A model generated the notes under the pieces. It worked only from the letters and a program-made list of their open reading frames with translations. It made no database searches and had not been told where the DNA came from. Both the position numbers and the translations under genes were made by a program. Below are positions 22,058 through 31,424 of a stretch of 54,216 bases of DNA, piece by piece. Origin of the DNA: Candidatus Brocadiia bacterium (lineage in GTDB: Bacteria; Planctomycetota; PUPC01). The stretch spans positions 1 through 54,216 of the forward strand of contig JAUWIN010000004.1 of the NCBI GenBank assembly GCA_030605345.1, given 5' to 3'. How positions within the stretch are numbered: position 1 is the first letter of the stretch; the number at the start of each line of letters is the position of its first letter.

Positions 22058-23605
22058 ATGCTGCCCGAATTCAAAAATTTTGCTTTAACAGATTTTTCAA
22101 AAGACGGAAATAAAAGGAGAATGCTTGAGGCTCTTGCCAAGGTGAGAGCCGAGTTTGGAAAGGAATATCCTATAGTTATTGGTGGTGAAAAAATTAAATC
22201 CGGGGATGTTCTAAAATCATATAATCCCTCCAACAAGGAAGACGTTGTTGGAATGGTTCAAAAAGGCACACCGGAACTTGCTCAAAAAGCCATTAGTGCT
22301 GCATGGGACGCTTTTGAGAGCTGGAGGAGGGTTTCTGCGAAAGAGCGGGCAGGGTATTTATTAAAAGCAGCGGAGCTTGTGAGACAAAGACGGTTTGAGC
22401 TTGCTGCCTTGATGGTTTATGAAACGGGGAAAAACTGGACAGAGGCCAGTGCTGACGTTGCTGAGGCGATCGACTTTTTAGAGTTTTACTCAAGAGAAGC
22501 AATAAGATGGGCCAATCCCCAACCTGTTATAGCGTCTCCCGGTGAGACGAATGAACTTGTGTACGTCCCACTTGGGGTTGGAGCAATAATCCCGCCGTGG
22601 AATTTTCCAGTAGCGATTCTTGTTGGAATGACATCTTCTGCAATAGTCGCAGGAAATACTGTCGTTTTAAAGCCGGCGAGTGATGCTTGCATATTAGGCG
22701 CCAAATTCTGTGAAATTATGGAAGAAGCAGGGTTGCCTCCTGGGGTCTTGAATCTTCTTCCAGGCAGCGGCTCAGAAGTTGGAGAGTATTTAGTCACTAA
22801 TTCAGATATCAGGTTTATATCGTTTACTGGGTCAAAGCAGGTCGGCCTGAGGATCATACAGAACGCCGCTAAAACCCAGCTTGGCCAGAAGTGGACAAAA
22901 AGAGTCGTTGCAGAGATGGGCGGCAAGAACGCCATAATAGTAGATAGTGAGGCAGATGTTGAAAACGCCGTTCAGGGAATAATAGCTTCAGCTTATGGAT
23001 ATCAAGGACAAAAATGCTCAGCATGCTCTAGAGCCATAGTTGTAAAAGATGTTTATGACGAAGTGATTATGGCGCTGCGGGACAAAACAAAGCGCATAAA
23101 AATTGGCCCAGCAGAGAACTTTGACAATTATATGGGGCCTGTGATAAATCAGGCGGCATATGAGAAGATAAGCCGCTACATTGAGGTTGGTCGTAATGAA
23201 GGAGAACTAATTCTCGGAGGGGATGGGGATAATAGTAAGGGTTATTTTATTAAGCCGACTATTTTTACACATGTGAGTTGCGATGCCAGAATCGCTCAGG
23301 AAGAAATTTTTGGACCCGTACTTGCAGTAATAAAAGCTGAGGATTTTGACGAGGCTCTGACAATTGCAAACGGCACAGATTATGGTCTAACAGGCTCTGT
23401 CTATACAACAAACCCCGAGAAAATTAAAAAAGCAAAAGAACAATTTTTCGTCGGAAACCTGTATCTTAATCGCAAATGTACTGGCGCTCTGGTCGGCGCG
23501 CAGCCGTTCGGCGGGTTTAACATGTCTGGAACCGATTCAAAGGCTGGTGGCAAGGAGTATTTGCTGCTTTTTATCCAGGCAAAATCAATATGTGAGAGAA
23601 AGTGA
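22058..23605 (+). CDS. pruA: 1-pyrroline-5-carboxylate dehydrogenase (RocA/PruA type)
   Basis: IPPWNFP, FTGS, AEMGGKN, catalytic GQKCSACSR, EEIFGP and QPFGGFNMSGTDSKAGG; AT-rich codon usage. Confidence 0.93.
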   Translation: MLPEFKNFALTDFSKDGNKRRMLEALAKVRAEFGKEYPIVIGGEKIKSGDVLKSYNPSNKEDVVGMVQKGTPELAQKAISAAWDAFESWRRVSAKERAGYLLKAAELVRQRRFELAALMVYETGKNWTEASADVAEAIDFLEFYSREAIRWANPQPVIASPGETNELVYVPLGVGAIIPPWNFPVAILVGMTSSAIVAGNTVVLKPASDACILGAKFCEIMEEAGLPPGVLNLLPGSGSEVGEYLVTNSDIRFISFTGSKQVGLRIIQNAAKTQLGQKWTKRVVAEMGGKNAIIVDSEADVENAVQGIIASAYGYQGQKCSACSRAIVVKDVYDEVIMALRDKTKRIKIGPAENFDNYMGPVINQAAYEKISRYIEVGRNEGELILGGDGDNSKGYFIKPTIFTHVSCDARIAQEEIFGPVLAVIKAEDFDEALTIANGTDYGLTGSVYTTNPEKIKKAKEQFFVGNLYLNRKCTGALVGAQPFGGFNMSGTDSKAGGKEYLLLFIQAKSICERK

Positions 23606-23615
23606 ATGGTCATTT

Positions 23616-24896
23616 ATGCAGGATTTTCTGTCTTATAACAAAAGACAATATAGCCCGTTAGGCCCGAGAAGCGCTGAGTTTATTAGAAGGATTGATGCGC
23701 ATAGTGCCCACAATTATGAACCTTACCCGTTCGTTGTGGAAAGGGCAAAGGGACCCTGGCTATATGATCCGGACGGAAACAAGGCACTAGATTTTTTATC
23801 AGCCTACTCTGCCATCCTAACTCATCAACACCCCGGGGTTATCGAAGCGGTGAAAAAAGAGATGGCGGCAGGTTGTGATTTAGTAAGTAGGGCGATTTAT
23901 TCGGCTCCATTCGCAGATATGGTAGAGATTATTACAAGGCTCACCGGCTATGACAGGGTCATGCCGAAAAGCGATGGAGGCTCCTCAACAGATTCTGCAC
24001 TCTCCGGATTGCTAATGCATGGTTATGAAAGGGGTATTAAGAATCCAGAAGTTATTGTTACTGAGAATTATTTTCATGGAAGGTCGTGGATATTTACGTC
24101 AAACGCGCTTTTTGATCCCGAACAGTCCTTCAGAAAAGTTCCAAGGGCACGTGGTGTCGTTGTGGTTAAAGATAACATAGATGCCATAAAAGCAGCAATC
24201 GATAAAAATACAGTAGGCATATTTATCGAGACACATAAGGGTGAAGCGGGGCCATTGTTTTCTACAAAAGCTCACTTTTTGGCAATAAGGCAGCTGACTA
24301 GAGAAAACGGCATTTTTTTAGGTGTTGATGAGATTCAGACAGGACTGGGAAGATGCGGTTATATCATGGCCTGGCAGGAATATGGCGAGGAGGCTAGGCC
24401 GGATTTTGTAACCCTCGGCAAGGCGTTAGGAGGAGGAATTATTCCTGTTTCAGCGGTTGTTGGAACAGAGGAATTCATGAAGATTTATACTCCAGGGTCT
24501 GATGGCAGCACCTTCGGAGGCTATCCGTTAGCATGTGTTGCAGCATGTGCTGTTCTTAACTATATTATTGAAGAAAACATTCCAGAAAAGGTAAAGGAGT
24601 TAGGACAGTATTTTGTCGGAAAATTAAGAACCATACCAGGAATTGAGGTTGAAAATAGGGGCCTATTAATAAGAGTTGAAATAAAAAACGTAGATACGGC
24701 AAAATATGCTTGCCATGAAATGTTGCTAGGTAAGAACAGAAACCCGAGAATATTCATGAAACATGGACACGCAAATCGAGAAAAAAACGTCGCATATACA
24801 AGAATTGCACCTCCACCAGGAGCAATGACAAAGGAATTAATTGATTTCGCTGTTGAAAACACAATTGCCCCTGTTTTAAGTAGGGCCAGCAAATAG
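23616..24896 (+). CDS. rocD: Class III PLP aminotransferase, divergent ornithine aminotransferase
   Basis: SAHNYEP, DFLSAYSA, FHGR, DEIQTGLGRCG, LGKALGGG (PLP lysine) and GSTFGGYPL; adjacent to P5C dehydrogenase. Confidence 0.78.
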   Translation: MQDFLSYNKRQYSPLGPRSAEFIRRIDAHSAHNYEPYPFVVERAKGPWLYDPDGNKALDFLSAYSAILTHQHPGVIEAVKKEMAAGCDLVSRAIYSAPFADMVEIITRLTGYDRVMPKSDGGSSTDSALSGLLMHGYERGIKNPEVIVTENYFHGRSWIFTSNALFDPEQSFRKVPRARGVVVVKDNIDAIKAAIDKNTVGIFIETHKGEAGPLFSTKAHFLAIRQLTRENGIFLGVDEIQTGLGRCGYIMAWQEYGEEARPDFVTLGKALGGGIIPVSAVVGTEEFMKIYTPGSDGSTFGGYPLACVAACAVLNYIIEENIPEKVKELGQYFVGKLRTIPGIEVENRGLLIRVEIKNVDTAKYACHEMLLGKNRNPRIFMKHGHANREKNVAYTRIAPPPGAMTKELIDFAVENTIAPVLSRASK

Positions 24897-25065
24897 AAAT
24901 CTTCAGCAAAACAGCGCGTGGGCCAGGAAAGGTCGGATTATCCGATCTTAAGTGCGATGACAAGAACTCGCTTCCTTCCAGGAACACCTTCATGACCAGT
25001 TTAGCTTTCCATTTCGCGGGGAAAGTCTTTTCGAAGACCCATCCGTAGGGAACAGGAGGTCCGCT

Positions 25066-26283
25066 GTGCCCCAAGAAATTATCGAACTAAGAGGCCACGT
25101 GATAGACTCGTTCATCCTGCCGAAGATGCTGGATGTCATTATGGAGCACAAGGCCCGCTTCGAAATCCAGGACATCCAGGTGGGGGTCAAGCCTGACGAA
25201 CCCAGTTTCGTCCGCATGCTTATTGCCCACAAGGACCCCAAGACACTGGAGGCGGTTCTGCACCTAGTCAGGCGATATGGTGCGGAGACGGTCGAGCCAA
25301 AGGAAGCCCAGCTCAGCCCCACCTCGCGGGGCGGCGTCTTTCCCGAAAACTTCTACGTCACCACGAACCTCGACACCTCAATTTACCTCCAGGGCCGCTG
25401 GGTGAAGGTGAAGAACCCGGAGATGGACTGCGGTATCCTGGTCTCAAAATCGCCGCGCGGCGCCAGGACAATCAAAATGGCCCAGGTCAAGAGGGACGAC
25501 CTTATAGTGACCGGCTACGATGGGGTGCGGGTGGTGCCGGTTGAGAGCCGGCGGTCGCCGGAAGATTTTCAGTTCATGACCAGTGAAGTTTCGACAGAGA
25601 AGCCGAAGGGTTTGATGATCTCGCAGGTAGCCCGGCTGATGAAGGAAGAGCGCCAAGCCGGCCGGCCAATCCTGTGGGTCTGCGGCCCCGCAGTAGTCCA
25701 CTCCGGCGCTGGCCCGCTGCTCGAGGAATTGGTGGAGACGGGATACGTCCAGATTCTTTTTGCGGGAAACGCGCTCGCTGTGCACGACATCGAGTGCGCC
25801 CTCTACGGCACCTCACTCGGCGTCTCCATGGGCGAAGAAGTCGGCACCGGCTCGGGGCACGAAAACCACCTTCGCGCCCTCAACGTCGTTCGCCGCGCAG
25901 GTGGAATCCGCCAGGCGGTCCACCAGAGGATTCTGAACAGCGGAATAATGCACGCGTGCATACGGCGCCAGGTCGATTTTGTCCTCGCCGGCTCCATCCG
26001 TGACGACGGCCCGCTGCCAGACACCATCACCGATACCGTCAAGGCCCAGGACGCTATGCGCCGGCGATGCCGGAAGACCCGCCTCGCCATCACTGTCGCA
26101 ACCGTACTTCACTCCGTCGCCACCGGCAACATGCTCCCCGCCAAGACGCGCGTCGTCTCGGCCGACATCCAGCAAAGTGCGGTGACAAAACTGATGGACC
26201 GCGGCACCTTTCAGACCATCGGTATCGTGACGGACGTGCAGCCATTTCTTCGCTCCCTCTTACTCGAGCTGAAGCTCCCGTGA
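25066..26283 (+). CDS. TIGR00300 family protein (ornithine cyclodeaminase-like; LOR/SDH N-terminal plus ArgZ/AgrE C-terminal-like)
   Basis: ELRGHVIDS, FYVTTN, EMDC, FMTSEVSTEKP, GPAVVHSG, GNALAVHDIE, LAGSIRDDGPLPD and HSVATGN. Confidence 0.88.
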   Translation: MPQEIIELRGHVIDSFILPKMLDVIMEHKARFEIQDIQVGVKPDEPSFVRMLIAHKDPKTLEAVLHLVRRYGAETVEPKEAQLSPTSRGGVFPENFYVTTNLDTSIYLQGRWVKVKNPEMDCGILVSKSPRGARTIKMAQVKRDDLIVTGYDGVRVVPVESRRSPEDFQFMTSEVSTEKPKGLMISQVARLMKEERQAGRPILWVCGPAVVHSGAGPLLEELVETGYVQILFAGNALAVHDIECALYGTSLGVSMGEEVGTGSGHENHLRALNVVRRAGGIRQAVHQRILNSGIMHACIRRQVDFVLAGSIRDDGPLPDTITDTVKAQDAMRRRCRKTRLAITVATVLHSVATGNMLPAKTRVVSADIQQSAVTKLMDRGTFQTIGIVTDVQPFLRSLLLELKLP

Positions 26284-26422
26284 ACATAGGAGCGATCGGG
26301 CGCCCGTTCCACCGGTTCGCCCCCGACCGCCGCCAACACAAAACGCTATTGCGCTCTGACAGAATACTGCTAATATGCTCTGGACCTCTGTCCTGAACAA
26401 CTCGCACCGAACGGAGAGCACC

Positions 26423-27658
26423 GTGGCCTGGACCAGATACCTCGCAGTGACGCTATTGTCTTGTTGCCTGGCCGCGTCCAGCTGTTCCTCACCGCGGGTA
26501 AATCCCGGTGAAGTTGGCCCCAAGCCGCTTCCAATCACCCCGCCGAGCCGGCAATCCATCCAGGCCGCCATCGACCGCGGGGTAGCATTCCTGGTTCAAA
26601 ACCAGAATAAAAACGGGTCCTGGGGCAACTCTCGCCCCAAGCTGATTAACGTGTATGTGCCCGTGCCCATGGGCTATCTGGCGATGCGGGGCGGCGTGAC
26701 GGCGCTCTGCGTGATGGCGCTGGCCGAGGCCGAGTCGGACCAGCCGGGCGCGGAGGAAGCACTCCGCCGCGGCGGGAACTGGCTGCTGGAAAACCTCCCC
26801 AGGGTGCGCGTGTGCTCCAGACAAATAATGTTCAATAATTGGACGCACGCTTACGGCATCCAGGCACTCGTGCGCATGCTCGGGAGGCAGTCCCTCTGGC
26901 CCGGACGCCGCAAGGCAATTCGAGACCTGATCCGCGACCAACTCGACCGCTTGCAGGAACACCAGCAACTCGACGGTGGCTGGGGGTATTACAAAGGCAC
27001 TTATTTCAAGCGGTCACCGGCCAATTCCATGACTTTCACCACGGCAACCGTCCTGATTGCCATGCACGAAGCCAGCCAGGCGGGGTTCTCGATACCCGAA
27101 AAGATAACTAAACGTGCGGTCAAAACCCTTCAGGCGACGCGCCGCCCGGACTTCGCATATTGGTATCGCCTAACAAGGCGCCCAGCCACGCTTTGGCCAA
27201 TCAGCCACCCGCCCGGCAGTCTGGGCCGGTCGCAGGCCTGCAATGCCGCGACGCGCCTGTGGGGCGACAAGGCCGTCACACTCGACGTAATCAAGACCTG
27301 GCTCGACCGCCTGTTTGCACGCGATAGTTGGCTGAGCATGAGCCGCAAGCAGATATACCCTCATAACGGGTACTATCAGATCGCCGGTTACTTCTATTAT
27401 TACGGGCATTACTATGCAGGGGTGTGTATCGGGCTGCTCCCACCCAAAGACCGCCCCCATTCCCAGCACCACCTCGCCCACATCCTCCTGCCCCTCCAAG
27501 AAAAGGATGGGTCGTGGTGGGACTTCCCGATATACGACTACCATCAGCAGTATGGCACCGCTTTTGCTGTCATGGCCCTCAACGCCTGCCTGCCCCCCGC
27601 GCCTCAGCATGCAAATATCCCCGTCGCGTCCAACCTGCACACCGGCCGCGGCGGATAG
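26423..27658 (+). CDS. Prenyltransferase/squalene-oxidase (QW-like) repeat protein, probable lipoprotein
   Basis: AIDRGVAFLVQNQNKNGSW, QQLDGGWGY and LQEKDGSWWD repeats; N-terminal signal with LAASSC. Start uncertain (26375 or 26423). Confidence 0.8.
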   Translation: MAWTRYLAVTLLSCCLAASSCSSPRVNPGEVGPKPLPITPPSRQSIQAAIDRGVAFLVQNQNKNGSWGNSRPKLINVYVPVPMGYLAMRGGVTALCVMALAEAESDQPGAEEALRRGGNWLLENLPRVRVCSRQIMFNNWTHAYGIQALVRMLGRQSLWPGRRKAIRDLIRDQLDRLQEHQQLDGGWGYYKGTYFKRSPANSMTFTTATVLIAMHEASQAGFSIPEKITKRAVKTLQATRRPDFAYWYRLTRRPATLWPISHPPGSLGRSQACNAATRLWGDKAVTLDVIKTWLDRLFARDSWLSMSRKQIYPHNGYYQIAGYFYYYGHYYAGVCIGLLPPKDRPHSQHHLAHILLPLQEKDGSWWDFPIYDYHQQYGTAFAVMALNACLPPAPQHANIPVASNLHTGRGG

Positions 27659-27762
27659 TACCCGAACAAATGCGCGGCTCACCTGAGCCGCAAGGTAACG
27701 CCTCCGCCAGCGCTCGAGTTCGGCCACGCCGCTGCTTGGTCGAAGGTCTCCGGGCCAAACCC

Positions 27763-27933
27763 CTATTCCTCCTTGATGGCCTCCTGCGGACACTCCTCAA
27801 TGCAGGCCCCGCACTCGGTGCATTTTTCCTGATCGATCACGGCCTTCTCGTCAACCATCGCGATCGCCTCCCCCGGGCAGCCCTCCCCGCACCTCTCCCA
27901 GCCGACCCATTCTTCCGGGTCCACCTTTACCAT
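27763..27933 (-). CDS. Small 2x[4Fe-4S]-type ferredoxin (56 aa, not in the ORF track); first cluster motif degenerate
   Basis: MVKVDPEEWVGWERCGEGCPGEAIAMVDEKAVIDQEKCTECGACIEECPQEAIKEE with a strong AAGGAGGAG RBS. Confidence 0.9.
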   Translation of the reverse strand: MVKVDPEEWVGWERCGEGCPGEAIAMVDEKAVIDQEKCTECGACIEECPQEAIKEE

Positions 27934-28409
27934 TCCTTGCTCTCCTCCTTACTAACCGATGACATACGTGCTCCAGCTCAAACACCCGCAAACCTTCCGC
28001 CGAAGCAATGGGACACACTCACGCTCAAATCGTTCTCCGTACTGCGGCTCCCCGCCTCCAAGCCACAGAGCATCCAAAGCACGGATTTTATGCGCCCCGG
28101 CGCGCCCCGTCAACTACAAATATCTGCTCAAATTATATCTAATGGCACGCGAGAAACCGTCAGGGGGTAATTCAGCAGAAAATGCAGAGGGTACGACAAA
28201 GCTGTTAAGGAATTCTTACAGCGAGGGATCCGGATAGGGGCCGCCAGCGTTTACGCCTGACGGCGTAATTGGCGGGCCAACGGCCCCCGCCCCGGACGGG
28301 ACACCGCTTTCGCGGCTACTTCTATATGTGCCAAACCGAACATACTATCGACGTTCACATTGTCAAACGAAAAACTCACGAGCCGCAAGTCGCGGCTGCG
28401 CAAATTCCT

Positions 28410-28444
28410 CGTTCATGTTGGCAGCTTCGTTGCCAACATGAACG
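28410..28444. terminator. Hairpin downstream of the PEP-CTERM array
   Basis: Perfect 14-bp stem CGTTCATGTTGGCA / TGCCAACATGAACG. Confidence 0.55.
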
Positions 28445-28518
28445 TCAACATTATCGCTGGCCCCGCCCCCCGCCGAAGGCGATGCGCCCTCGGGCGGACC
28501 GGACGGGGGTAAATTACG

Positions 28519-30072
28519 TTACGTCCTCCGTCTGCGAACGAGCGGGATGAGGCCCAAACCAAGCACGCCAAGACAGGCCGGCTCGGGTACTGGAGTATCA
28601 CCGGGTGCGCCCAGGCCACTGGTGCCTTCTCCGAAGTTCGCCTCCAGTTCTTGGTAGTCGGCCCAGTCAACGTCGCCGTCCCCGTCGAAGTCACCTTGGG
28701 CCCAAGTCGCTCCGGTTGTGATTCCGAAACCTACCTCCAGGGCCTGGTAGTCTGACCAGTCCACGTCACCGTCCAGGTCGCAGTCACCAGCGAGAGGTGC
28801 CGGGCCGGTGAACTTCACCAGCTGCACGTCCATGAAGTTGGTTTGCCCGCAGATATACGGGTTGTCGGACGGGTCCAGCGTGACGGAGGCGGCAGTCTCG
28901 TACATCCTCTTTCCAGCTTGTGTTACCCACAGCTGATTGCCGGACGCGTCATACTTGACGAGGAAGGCACCACCCTCGGCGGAGCCGCCGCCGACATCAC
29001 CGCCCTCTCCGGCGAGAAAGGGGTTGTCGGACGAGTCCACCGCGGTAGAGAGGCCATGGTCCTGCGTACCGGCACCGTGCGTGTAGACACCGCTCACTTG
29101 GTGTAGCCACTGCTGATTGCCCGACGAGTCATACTTGGCGAGGTATGCATCCTGACCGCCGTCGGTGACCTCACCGGGGAAGGCGCCCAAAACCGACCCG
29201 CTGACATACGGGTTGCCGGACGAGTCCACCGCCACGCCCTTGGCCTCATCGTAGTTGGGCAGGCCGAATTGGGATATCCACACAGGAGCGCCGTCCGACG
29301 AGTCGAACCTGGCGACGAACGAATCCAAAGTATTGCCGGCGTTAGGCCCGCCGAAGTCGCCTTCGGTGCCCCCGCTGACATAGATGTTGTCGGACGAGTC
29401 CAACGCGATGGCGTAGGCCATGTTCTTCTCGGGCGTCCCGCATTGGGATATCCACTGCTGATTGCCCGACGAGTCGTACTTAGCGACGAACATGTCTATA
29501 CCGCCGGCGCTCCCGCCGCCGAGGTCGCCCTCGGTCAACCCGGCGATATATGGGTCGCCGGACGAGTCCAACGCGACGCCGTAGCCGTAGTCGGAGCCGG
29601 CCGTACCGAATTCGCGTATCCACACCTGATTGCCGGCCGAGTCATACTTGGCGAGCAACACATCCATCTTATTGCCCGTCTGGTATTCGCCGGTGTTCCC
29701 GGTGACGTATGCGTTGCCCGAGGAGTCCACCGCGATGGACCTGCACATCTGCTCGTGCTCGTCACCGAATTTGGATATCCACAGCTGAGTGCCGGACGAG
29801 TTGTACTTGGCCACGAACCCATCACTCTTACCGGCACCAGGCCCACCGAGGTCGCCCGCGGTGTAGCCGGTGAAATATGCGTTGCCGGACGAGTCCGTGT
29901 CGACGCCGTAGGCGTACTCGATGGTCCAGCTGCTGCCGGAGCTGGCGAGTTTCACCGTCCACTCGACGGGGTAGGGGTCTTCCGCCCACGCCGCCGACGA
30001 AACCACAAAAACCAGCGCCGCCAACATGACGCCGGTTAGCGCTTGTCGCATCTTGGTTCTTTTCCCAATCAT
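28519..30072 (-). CDS. PEP-CTERM protein with SBBP beta-propeller repeats and a dockerin/EF-hand-like domain
   Basis: Signal peptide; about 7 repeats of (A/V)xDSSGNxYxxG...FVAKYDSSGNQxW; GDCDLDGDVD/GDFDGDGDVD; tail VPEPACLGVLGLGLIPLVRRRRT. Confidence 0.92.
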   Translation of the reverse strand: MIGKRTKMRQALTGVMLAALVFVVSSAAWAEDPYPVEWTVKLASSGSSWTIEYAYGVDTDSSGNAYFTGYTAGDLGGPGAGKSDGFVAKYNSSGTQLWISKFGDEHEQMCRSIAVDSSGNAYVTGNTGEYQTGNKMDVLLAKYDSAGNQVWIREFGTAGSDYGYGVALDSSGDPYIAGLTEGDLGGGSAGGIDMFVAKYDSSGNQQWISQCGTPEKNMAYAIALDSSDNIYVSGGTEGDFGGPNAGNTLDSFVARFDSSDGAPVWISQFGLPNYDEAKGVAVDSSGNPYVSGSVLGAFPGEVTDGGQDAYLAKYDSSGNQQWLHQVSGVYTHGAGTQDHGLSTAVDSSDNPFLAGEGGDVGGGSAEGGAFLVKYDASGNQLWVTQAGKRMYETAASVTLDPSDNPYICGQTNFMDVQLVKFTGPAPLAGDCDLDGDVDWSDYQALEVGFGITTGATWAQGDFDGDGDVDWADYQELEANFGEGTSGLGAPGDTPVPEPACLGVLGLGLIPLVRRRRT

Positions 30073-30149
30073 TTCACATCTCCTTCTCTATCTCCGTCTC
30101 CAGGCGGCTGCTTCACATCACACCCGACCGTGGCCCTCCCCCAACGCTC

Positions 30150-30265
30150 CGCCCTGGGTCCGCCAAAGCCGGAACACACCCCTGCGTCAGTTCTGTTCGG
30201 TTCGCACCATCTCCTTTCATTCGTGGTTCCCCACACGGTTTGATTGCAGTCCACATCACTGCGCG
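30150..30265 (-). repeat. Intergenic leader element, copy A
   Basis: GTGGACTGCAATCAAACC..GTGG.GAACCACGAATGAAAGGAGRTGGTGCGAACC...CAGAACTGACGCAG, shared with copy B. Confidence 0.85.
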
Positions 30266-30345
30266 TTAGCTCCTGCGCCTGCGAATGAGCGGGATGAGGC
30301 CCAAACCAAGCAGGCCGAGCGTGGCCGGCTCGGGCACAGGGCCTC
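30266..30345 (-). pseudogene. Orphan PEP-CTERM sorting signal
   Basis: GPVPEPATLGLLGLGLIPLIRRRRS* with no signal peptide or passenger domain upstream; DNA is very similar to the tail at 28519-28590. Confidence 0.8.
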
Positions 30346-30502
30346 TCTCGAGCCCTCCCTGCTGTACCGCTAGACGCACAGGGCGGGCAACTGCGGTGTA
30401 GCCCGCCCTGAACGGTTGCATTCACCTTTTTCACCCGTGTACGGGGCGGAGACCGCGTGGCCTCCGCCCTCACGGTTGGTTACAATGCGGCTCTGCTCTG
30501 CG

Positions 30503-31384
30503 TCAGCTCCGACGCCGGCGCAGGATCACGCCGACCCCACCGAGTGCCAGCAGTGCCAGCCCGGCGGGCTCAGCAACGGGCTCGACGCCCTGCACTTCGC
30601 CTATGTACCACTCGTCCCAGGTGCCGTAGAAATCCTGGAGGTACCACCTTCCTCCGCTACGGGCGACAGAGTAGTACTGCAGCTGATCCTCCGGGGTCGG
30701 GTCGTTTTTGTCATCGTCGGAATCTGTTATCCAGACGCCGAGGTAGTCGCCGGTGGTCTCGTCAACCCTGAGGCCCCAGCACGTGACCGCGTGACCGCCG
30801 GAGTCGTATAGGCCAAGCCCGACTCCGTATCCTGCGTGGAGGTAGTCGTCGATGGCCGACATGGCCAGGTCGGGGTCCAACTGGAGATGGCAGTAGTCGT
30901 CGAAGTTATACGGCGGTTCCCAGAATCCGCCGCCTGCCACGTCCACCTGGGACCAACCGCCCTCGCCCTGTTTGTCGTTGGTGCCATCAAACCACCAATC
31001 CCAGCCGTAGTACATGTTCCCGCCTACATCCGTCCAGTGGTCCTGGAAGTAGGCGAACATGTCGTCGGTGCCGCTGAAACCTTCCGAAGGCGCATAGCCC
31101 CAGCCGGTCCAGTCGAGCACATTGGACGCCGTAGCAGCCCAGCACATCTCGTCGTCCTCGGTGTTGGTTGGGCTCTTCTCGGCATCGCACCAGGTGCCGC
31201 CGAACTCGGCGTAACCGAAATAATCGGTCCCGCCGACGGGCGGCTCAGGCGGCTCGATGGGATTGAGCCCCTCCGGTGGTGCAAGCACGCGGACACCGTC
31301 CGCCACGGCGGCGGGCACAGACAGCGCGCAGAGCAACCCGCACAACACAGCTGCGACAAGCAGCCTGTAAGTGTGCTTTCTCAT
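30503..31384 (-). CDS. PEP-CTERM protein with a papain-like (IdeS/Mac-like) cysteine peptidase domain
   Basis: Signal peptide; DAEK...DDEMCWAATASNVLDW (Cys), GHAVTCWG (His), WITDSDD; tail VAEPAGLALLALGGVGVILRRRRS. Confidence 0.8.
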   Translation of the reverse strand: MRKHTYRLLVAAVLCGLLCALSVPAAVADGVRVLAPPEGLNPIEPPEPPVGGTDYFGYAEFGGTWCDAEKSPTNTEDDEMCWAATASNVLDWTGWGYAPSEGFSGTDDMFAYFQDHWTDVGGNMYYGWDWWFDGTNDKQGEGGWSQVDVAGGGFWEPPYNFDDYCHLQLDPDLAMSAIDDYLHAGYGVGLGLYDSGGHAVTCWGLRVDETTGDYLGVWITDSDDDKNDPTPEDQLQYYSVARSGGRWYLQDFYGTWDEWYIGEVQGVEPVAEPAGLALLALGGVGVILRRRRS

Positions 31385-31424
31385 GTTACCTCCCTTACTG
31401 CTAAGTTAAGTGTTCTGCGCTCCT

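Noticed and set aside
28800-29960. Recurring GGACGAGTCCA / GCCCGACGAGTC DNA repeats
   Set aside because: They encode the DSSGN beta-propeller blades of the SBBP protein and are not a separate element.
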